A stretch of 43,119 bases of DNA, taken from the IMG/VR virus record IMGVR_UViG_3300010287_000001, positions 1 to 43,119 of that record; one strand, written 5' to 3'. The position numbers and the translations under genes were made by a program. Below the pieces are notes generated by a model. It made no database searches. It was not told the DNA's origin and saw nothing but the letters and a program-made list of their open reading frames with translations. Position 1 is the stretch's first letter, and each line of letters opens with the position of its first letter. Positions 38,735-43,119 of the stretch are shown in pieces. The DNA comes from a virus.

Positions 38735-39028
38735 TCACCTCCCTTGCCTTACTCGAATCACATCGCCCGGCCTAATCAGCGCCCCAACTCCGTTGTCCGC
38801 CTGGATCTCGGCCACGACTCTCCGCGGGTCCTCGTCAGGCCGATACCTCTGAGCGATGCTCCACAGCGTGTCGCCCATACCGACCACGTGCCCGACATAC
38901 CCAGTCCCAGCCGGCACGGCCTCCGGCGGCGGCCCGAGTCGCCAGGCGATGATCAAACACCATGCGACGATCAGGATCGCCATGAGAACCGCTGCGATGA
39001 GGGTCTCTCTGCGCTCCACGGTCCTCAC
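38735..39028 (-). CDS. Membrane-anchored LysM-domain protein
   Basis: N-terminal TM LIAAVLMAILIVAWCLIIAW, then the LysM segment HVVGMGDTLWSIAQRY...IQADNGV..LIRPGDVIRV. Confidence 0.7.
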   Translation of the reverse strand: MRTVERRETLIAAVLMAILIVAWCLIIAWRLGPPPEAVPAGTGYVGHVVGMGDTLWSIAQRYRPDEDPRRVVAEIQADNGVGALIRPGDVIRVRQGR

Positions 39029-39213
39029 CTCGTCACCTGGAGAGTCTCGCCGGCGAGGAGCGACTCCGCAGCCCTGATGTAGTCATCCTTGAGCCGTTCG
39101 ACCATCCTCTCAGTCAGAGGCCCACCGTCGGGATTCACACCTTCGTACGAGAGTGCCATCTCCAGGGCCTTTTCGAGCACCACCACACGCTTCTCCAACT
39201 CCGTCACTCTCAC
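39025..39213 (-). CDS. Hypothetical protein (62 aa)
   Basis: GTGA overlaps on both sides. Confidence 0.45.
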   Translation of the reverse strand: MRVTELEKRVVVLEKALEMALSYEGVNPDGGPLTERMVERLKDDYIRAAESLLAGETLQVTR

Positions 39214-39401
39214 CCCGCCTGCACCTCCCTTTCCCGCAGGAACTCCTCGATATGCTCGGGCCTGAAGCGCACCATCATGTAGCGGCCACCCCTACCGAGG
39301 TCCACATAGCTGATCCGGCCACTCCACACCAGCCGTCTGACAGTCTCGACGCTCACGCCGAGGAGCTTGGCGGCTTGTTTAATGGTCAGCAGCTCTCTCA
39401 T
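39210..39401 (-). CDS. Excisionase-type (MerR-like) HTH DNA-binding protein
   Basis: LLTIKQAAKLLGVSVETVRRLVWSGRI fits the pattern. 63 aa. Confidence 0.6.
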   Translation of the reverse strand: MRELLTIKQAAKLLGVSVETVRRLVWSGRISYVDLGRGGRYMMVRFRPEHIEEFLREREVQAG

Positions 39402-40108
39402 GCCGTCGCCTCCCTCTCGTAGAGCTTGAGAAGGAACTCACGGCCTAGCTGCGTCCAGCGGCGATGATAGATGACCTTGCCAGAGTCGAGGACCTCCTGC
39501 TTGATCTCGGTGTAACCGCGGTTGGCGTAGTCGCTGTAGAGCACCCAGGTCTCGTTCTGCTTGAATTGGACCCGCCGCTTAGCTAGGTCTCGGTTGAGCG
39601 CGGTGGCAGACTTGAATCCCAACTCCTTGGCTATCTCGGTGGTTGTATAGGTCTTGTTGACGTGCATCAGGATGGCGTTGGTGGCCTCGACTTCCAGACG
39701 AAGCTCTCGTTCCTCCTTAAGTCTCGTGGCGAGCCGGATCACGAAGTCAGGGTTGATGATGGCCTTCTCAATTACCTCCGGAGTCATGTATGCCCCGTGC
39801 TGTCGGATCGTCGGCAACACTTCCTCGGCGACCCAGTCGGTGAATCGCTCGGCCTCCTCCTTTCGCGAGGAGAAGATCAGCTTGTAGAGCCCCGCCTCAG
39901 AGACCACGTTCATCTGCTGCGGGCCACCGGGGGTCTGAATAATGGTAAGCCCCTTCTGAGTGTCGCTCAGCCTCTCAACCGCTCGGGTGACATTGCCTAG
40001 GCCGAGAATCTGGCAAACATCCTTTGCGACGAACCAGACCTGCCCGTCGACCACTCTCGTTCTGACCTGTTGCCCGTCGAATTCAAACACCCGCTGTAGC
40101 TCGTTCAC
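39398..40108 (-). CDS. Antirepressor (Bro-N + KilA-C/ANT domains)
   Basis: FEFDGQQVRTRVVDGQVWFVAKDVCQILGL...SEAGLYKLIFSSRKEEAERF is Bro-N. The C-terminal TTTEIAKELGFKSATALNRDL is phage antirepressor-like. Confidence 0.85.
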   Translation of the reverse strand: MNELQRVFEFDGQQVRTRVVDGQVWFVAKDVCQILGLGNVTRAVERLSDTQKGLTIIQTPGGPQQMNVVSEAGLYKLIFSSRKEEAERFTDWVAEEVLPTIRQHGAYMTPEVIEKAIINPDFVIRLATRLKEERELRLEVEATNAILMHVNKTYTTTEIAKELGFKSATALNRDLAKRRVQFKQNETWVLYSDYANRGYTEIKQEVLDSGKVIYHRRWTQLGREFLLKLYEREATA

Positions 40109-40215
40109 ACAGTCTCACTCCCTTCGATGTATAGGTCTTGAGGTATCGGCATACCATAGAATGGGGCAGTGTGGCCTCTTAGCGCCGAATGTGACTCTTT
40201 GTGTGCCATTGTGCT

Positions 40216-40233
40216 GTGAGTGCAATACGGCAC
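40216..40233. promoter_or_regulatory. 18-bp box GTGAGTGCAATACGGCAC (copy 1), candidate operator upstream of the antirepressor gene
   Basis: Exact repeat of 40683-40700. Contains GTGC-N6-GCAC dyad ends. Confidence 0.45.
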
Positions 40234-40249
40234 AAAAAAGAGAGAGGCG

Positions 40250-40471
40250 TTACGACACCAACGAGGCCACTTCCCCAAACAACTCCTCGACACTCCGGTT
40301 CAGCACTCTGGCGATCCGAAGCGCCGTGGTTAGCGACGGCCTCCGCTCCTCTCTCAGGATTTGATATACCATTGACGGGTGTTTTCCAATAGCGACTGCG
40401 AGATCAAGCACCGAGATGTTGGCATCCTCCATCGCCTTCGCCATTGTGTGGAGTTTAAAGTTCGTTTGCAT
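40250..40471 (-). CDS. Cro-like XRE-family HTH regulator
   Basis: ISVLDLAVAIGKHPSMVYQILREERRPSLTTALRIARVL. ATG 40471 with SD GGAGGGTG. Divergent from the repressor gene. Confidence 0.7.
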   Translation of the reverse strand: MQTNFKLHTMAKAMEDANISVLDLAVAIGKHPSMVYQILREERRPSLTTALRIARVLNRSVEELFGEVASLVS

Positions 40472-40492
40472 GTCATCACCCTCCGTGTCTCT

Positions 40493-40521
40493 AGTGTAGC
40501 ACTCTGAGTGCCATGAAGCAA
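40493..40521 (-). promoter_or_regulatory. Candidate early (Cro-side) promoter with a perfect 13-bp palindrome in its spacer
   Basis: The minus strand reads TTGCTT-17 nt-TACACT. The spacer contains GCACTC-T-GAGTGC (40499-40511). Confidence 0.35.
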
Positions 40522-40647
40522 CGCTTGTCACATTTCAGATCCGACGGTTTTCCGTCAAATAAGGCGGTCTTGTCCAACTAGATAGGGATATGTTCCATTG
40601 CGCTTGCACTACGAGTACTATTGCACTGTAGGTGTCATACTCGTCGA

Positions 40648-40676
40648 ATGACAAATGTTTACACCATCAGTAAAAT
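40648..40676 (+). promoter_or_regulatory. Candidate repressor-gene promoter (ATGACA-17 nt-TAAAAT)
   Basis: The -10 ends 6 nt before the second copy of the 18-bp box. Confidence 0.35.
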
Positions 40677-40682
40677 GGTACC

Positions 40683-40700
40683 GTGAGTGCAATACGGCAC
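40683..40700. promoter_or_regulatory. 18-bp box GTGAGTGCAATACGGCAC (copy 2), candidate operator at the repressor-gene start site
   Basis: Exact repeat of 40216-40233. In both copies it is followed by a purine-rich SD-like tract. Confidence 0.45.
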
Positions 40701-40717
40701 GAAAGGGAGTGTGTGCG

Positions 40718-41080
40718 GTGAATATTCTTGGGGCACGGTTGAGGACGCTTAGGCGCAGTCTGGGGAAAACGCTGAAGGAGGTGGAACGGGATACAGGCAT
40801 ATCGTGGTCGACCCTCGGGATGTACGAACGCGGAAAGCGCAAACCATCACTACCGAGACTGCGCATCCTTGCAGAGTACTATAGAGTTGCCGCCGATGAA
40901 CTGCTCGACATCGCGGCGACCGAGGAGGAGGGTCTCCGCCGTCTGCTCGACAACCCCAATGTTTCGCTCGCGGCCAGGAAGATCGGGAGTATGCCCGAGT
41001 GGAAACAACGACAGGTCCTAAGACTCATAGAGGTCATGGAGTCGGAGGCCAAAGACCGACGCGGCAACCGTGGCGACTAG
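40718..41080 (+). CDS. CI/ImmR-like XRE-family repressor
   Basis: LGARLRTLRRSLGKTLKEVERDTGISWSTLGMYERGKRKPSL is an HTH_XRE. GTG 40718 follows SD AAGGGAG. Followed by the ImmA protease gene. Confidence 0.75.
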   Translation: MNILGARLRTLRRSLGKTLKEVERDTGISWSTLGMYERGKRKPSLPRLRILAEYYRVAADELLDIAATEEEGLRRLLDNPNVSLAARKIGSMPEWKQRQVLRLIEVMESEAKDRRGNRGD

Positions 41081-41097
41081 ATGAAGGAGGTATCCCG

Positions 41098-41715
41098 ATG
41101 AATGCCTACTGCATCGCAGAACAATACACCGAGGAGTTTTCAGTGTCAGACTTACCGATCGACGTGTTTGGGTATCTCGATTGTCTTCAATCCTTGGGGT
41201 TGTTGCGGTATACGGTGCAGCATCTATCGTCCAAACTATGCGGTTGGATTGCCACAAGGAACGGTCAACGGTTCTACATCGCGGTCAACAGCCGGCATGT
41301 CGAGGTGCGTCGGCGCTTCACGGCCGCGCATGAGTTAGGACATCTGCTTCTACACCGCCGGATTCTCACCCCCGATATGTGTTTCAACTGTTCGATGCGT
41401 CCGATCCGTCTTGATGATGACGATCAGCGGGAACGAGAGGCCAACGCCTTCGCCGCGGAGTTCCTGATGCCTCGGCGATTGGTCTATGCGCTTATAGACT
41501 CAGGTCGCGTGTCGGTCACGGGATTGGCTGAGAGGTTCAGGGTTAGTGGACAAGCTATGCACTGGCGACTAGAGACGCTGAAGATTCCTCATGACATGGC
41601 GTCCGATACGATTGGAGGTGATGAGGATGTCGATACCGTCAATTGGAGCGCGGATCAGAAAAGCCGGACAACGACGCGGTCTATCGGTGAGCGAGTTGGC
41701 TGCGAAGCTGGGTAA
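41098..41715 (+). CDS. immA: ImmA/IrrE-family metallopeptidase (anti-repressor protease)
   Basis: FTAAHELGHLLLH contains HEXXH, and ...EANAFAAEFLMP follows. SD GAAGGAGG. Confidence 0.85.
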   Translation: MNAYCIAEQYTEEFSVSDLPIDVFGYLDCLQSLGLLRYTVQHLSSKLCGWIATRNGQRFYIAVNSRHVEVRRRFTAAHELGHLLLHRRILTPDMCFNCSMRPIRLDDDDQREREANAFAAEFLMPRRLVYALIDSGRVSVTGLAERFRVSGQAMHWRLETLKIPHDMASDTIGGDEDVDTVNWSADQKSRTTTRSIGERVGCEAG

Positions 41716-41848
41716 AAGCTCATCCACCGTATATCGGTATGAGAGAGGGTTGGTCGATGGTCTCGATTTGTCTGAGGTGCAGAAGCTCGGTGAGGTGCTC
41801 GGTGTCTCCCCCGCCTACCTCATGGGCTGGGCAGGTGAGGATGAATGA
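41627..41848 (+). CDS. Second XRE-family HTH protein
   Basis: IGARIRKAGQRRGLSVSELAAKLGKSSSTVYRYERG. ATG 41627 lies 6 nt after GGAGGTG. Overlaps the ImmA 3' end and the integrase start. Confidence 0.6.
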   Translation: MSIPSIGARIRKAGQRRGLSVSELAAKLGKSSSTVYRYERGLVDGLDLSEVQKLGEVLGVSPAYLMGWAGEDE

Positions 41849-42978
41849 ACACTGTCAAGATCCCCGCCGGCCTCCGTGGCACGATCTACCGCCGAGGCCG
41901 GGATAGCTACCGAGTGCAGCTCTCGATCGGGCGCGGACCGGACGGGCGGTATCAGACCAAGCGCGAGACGATCAGAGGTCGTGAGCAGGATGCCATTGAC
42001 CTCCTCACCCGTTGGAACGTGCAGTACCTCGACCATCAAATCACAACGACCAACTACGAGACCGTGCGGCAGGCGTACGATGAGTGGATTGAGCATGTGC
42101 GGACCTATCGCACCCCAAACACGCACAGATTCTATCGAGAGCGGTTTGAGAGCGATCTCCTACCCGGACTAGGGCACCGGCGGCTGAAAGACGTCACTCT
42201 GGCCGAGTTACAGCGGACCCTCGTAAAGACCGGCACAAAGGACGCCCACAACAAGCGTGCGCTCAGTGCGTTCCTCAACTGGTGCGCCGACATGGGCAAG
42301 TGTCCGCGCCTCGACCTGCGCCGACTGGAGACGCGGGCGAGGCCAAGGCAGAAGAGCGAATCGGACATCTGGAGCTTTGACCAGGTGCGGCAGGTCTATA
42401 CGACCCTGACCCTTGAGAACCTCTATGATATATTCATCGCGCTGGGCATTGAGTGTGGTCTGCGGCCCCAGGAGATACTCGCCCTAACATGGGACCGCGT
42501 GCACCCTGACTATCTGACGATCGACAGGGCAATCAAGGAAAGGACCCCAAAGCACGCTCGCATCGGTCTGACTAAGACCGAGCAGGTGCGGCGCGTGCCG
42601 ACTACTCGCTATCTCATGGACAAGCTCCGAATCCACAAGACGAATCAAGAGATCCGGGCGACCTTTACCGCCGGCTACGATCGACAGGCGAATCTTGTTG
42701 TCGCCGATACCCTAGGCCATGTCGCCGATCTACGGTACATCCGCAGATACATGATGAGCGTGGCCCGGCGCGCCGGCGTGCCCCCGATCCCGCCCAAGAA
42801 CCTTCGGAGCACCTACATATCGTTGCTCAACGACCTGGGCATACCGCTTACTCTCATTCAGCGGGCAGCCGGCCACAGCAGCCCCGAGGTCACGTCGCGG
42901 CACTACGTCCGAGTGTTCGATGCTAGCCTTCAAGCCGCTATCGACGAGCTCGACAGGCGCTTGCATGGTTCCGAGTGA
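41845..42978 (+). CDS. int: Tyrosine integrase (phage integrase family)
   Basis: C-terminal catalytic region: GLRPQEILALTWDRV, ...LRSTYISLL..., AAGHSSPEVTSRHYVRV (R...HxxR...Y). Adjacent to the att repeat. Confidence 0.92.
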   Translation: MNTVKIPAGLRGTIYRRGRDSYRVQLSIGRGPDGRYQTKRETIRGREQDAIDLLTRWNVQYLDHQITTTNYETVRQAYDEWIEHVRTYRTPNTHRFYRERFESDLLPGLGHRRLKDVTLAELQRTLVKTGTKDAHNKRALSAFLNWCADMGKCPRLDLRRLETRARPRQKSESDIWSFDQVRQVYTTLTLENLYDIFIALGIECGLRPQEILALTWDRVHPDYLTIDRAIKERTPKHARIGLTKTEQVRRVPTTRYLMDKLRIHKTNQEIRATFTAGYDRQANLVVADTLGHVADLRYIRRYMMSVARRAGVPPIPPKNLRSTYISLLNDLGIPLTLIQRAAGHSSPEVTSRHYVRVFDASLQAAIDELDRRLHGSE

Positions 42979-42997
42979 TTTGCCCAGTTTTGCCCAA
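42979..42997. repeat. TTTGCCCA-G-TTTTGCCCA, candidate integrase arm-type site (P arm)
   Basis: Exact copy of 239-257. Begins immediately after the integrase stop codon. Confidence 0.5.
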
Positions 42998-43030
42998 GTA
43001 ACTACCTGATTTTCGACTGAGAGCAAGAGA

Positions 43031-43066
43031 AGAGGACCGGTCAATACCGGTCCTCTCTGGTCTTTT
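43031..43066 (+). terminator. Same stem-loop; likely terminator of the integrase operon and of the convergent tRNA
   Basis: Copy of 35-70, located 53 nt after the integrase stop codon. Confidence 0.55.
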
Positions 43067-43070
43067 GGTC

Positions 43071-43119
43071 TGGTACGCCCGGAGGGACTTGAACCCCCGA
43101 CCTTCTGATCCGTAGTCAG
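43071..43119 (-). tRNA. 3' portion of tRNA-Arg(ACG); may continue into an intact gene beyond the window edge
   Basis: Same 49 nt as 75-123. The 5' half would lie past position 43119 and cannot be seen. Confidence 0.7.

Larger units (their letters stand above)
1..43119. mobile_element. Complete temperate tailed-phage genome (siphovirus-type, HK97-fold capsid), probably an integrated prophage delimited by att direct repeats
   Basis: Colinear lysis, tail, head, packaging, replication/recombination and immunity-integrase modules. Bases 1-123 are identical to 42997-43119. The integrase gene abuts the right repeat. Confidence 0.9.
42997..43119. repeat. Right copy of the 123-bp terminal direct repeat (att core / identity block)
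   Basis: Identical to 1-123. Starts 19 nt after the integrase stop codon. The window ends inside the tRNA anticodon stem. Confidence 0.95.

Overview
The window is one complete temperate siphovirus-type phage genome of about 43 kb with an HK97-fold capsid. It is bounded by identical 123-bp direct repeats (1-123 = 42997-43119). Each repeat carries the 3' 49 nt of a tRNA-Arg(ACG) gene plus a 10-bp-stem hairpin. The repeat ends exactly where the left copy stops looking like a tRNA, so I favour an integrated prophage (attL/attR) over an assembly overlap of a circular contig. The window alone cannot decide this.

Gene order:
- Left end, plus strand: a 580-bp non-coding region, then an att-proximal 4-gene operon (707-2656).
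- Minus strand, right to left: Cro-like, Bro-N/KilAC antirepressor, Xis-like HTH, LysM membrane protein, Rad50/SbcC-like ATPase, RecT, MBL-fold hydrolase, DUF5131 (Gp37/Gp68), DUF4373 replisome organizer containing an iteron-type origin, DnaC-like loader, DNA methyltransferase, YopX, resolvase, RinA/ArpU-like late activator, Zn-ribbon protein, HNH, ParB-like protein, B12-type radical SAM protein, TerS, TerL, portal, ClpP-like protease, major capsid protein, connectors, major tail protein, chaperones, Com-like Zn finger, tape measure protein (TMP), distal tail protein (Dit), an inserted 401-aa protein, the 1293-aa tail-tip/fibre (Tal-type) protein, an exported paralogue of the fibre tip, the lysis cassette, and a nucleotide-hydrolase/secreted-protein operon.
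- Right end, plus strand: ImmR-like repressor, ImmA protease, a second XRE protein, and a tyrosine integrase.

No CRISPR array, reverse transcriptase, transposase or rRNA is visible.

Most interesting observations:
1. A translationally coupled ParB-domain + radical SAM pair in the late/packaging operon.
2. A signal-peptide-bearing paralogue of the tail-fibre distal domain.
3. Origin iterons read in three different frames inside the replication gene.
4. Two self-contained accessory operons at the att-proximal arm.
5. A Com-like gene and a non-canonical (+1/-2) chaperone frame relationship in the tail module.

All functional calls rest on motif recognition by eye. No database search was run.
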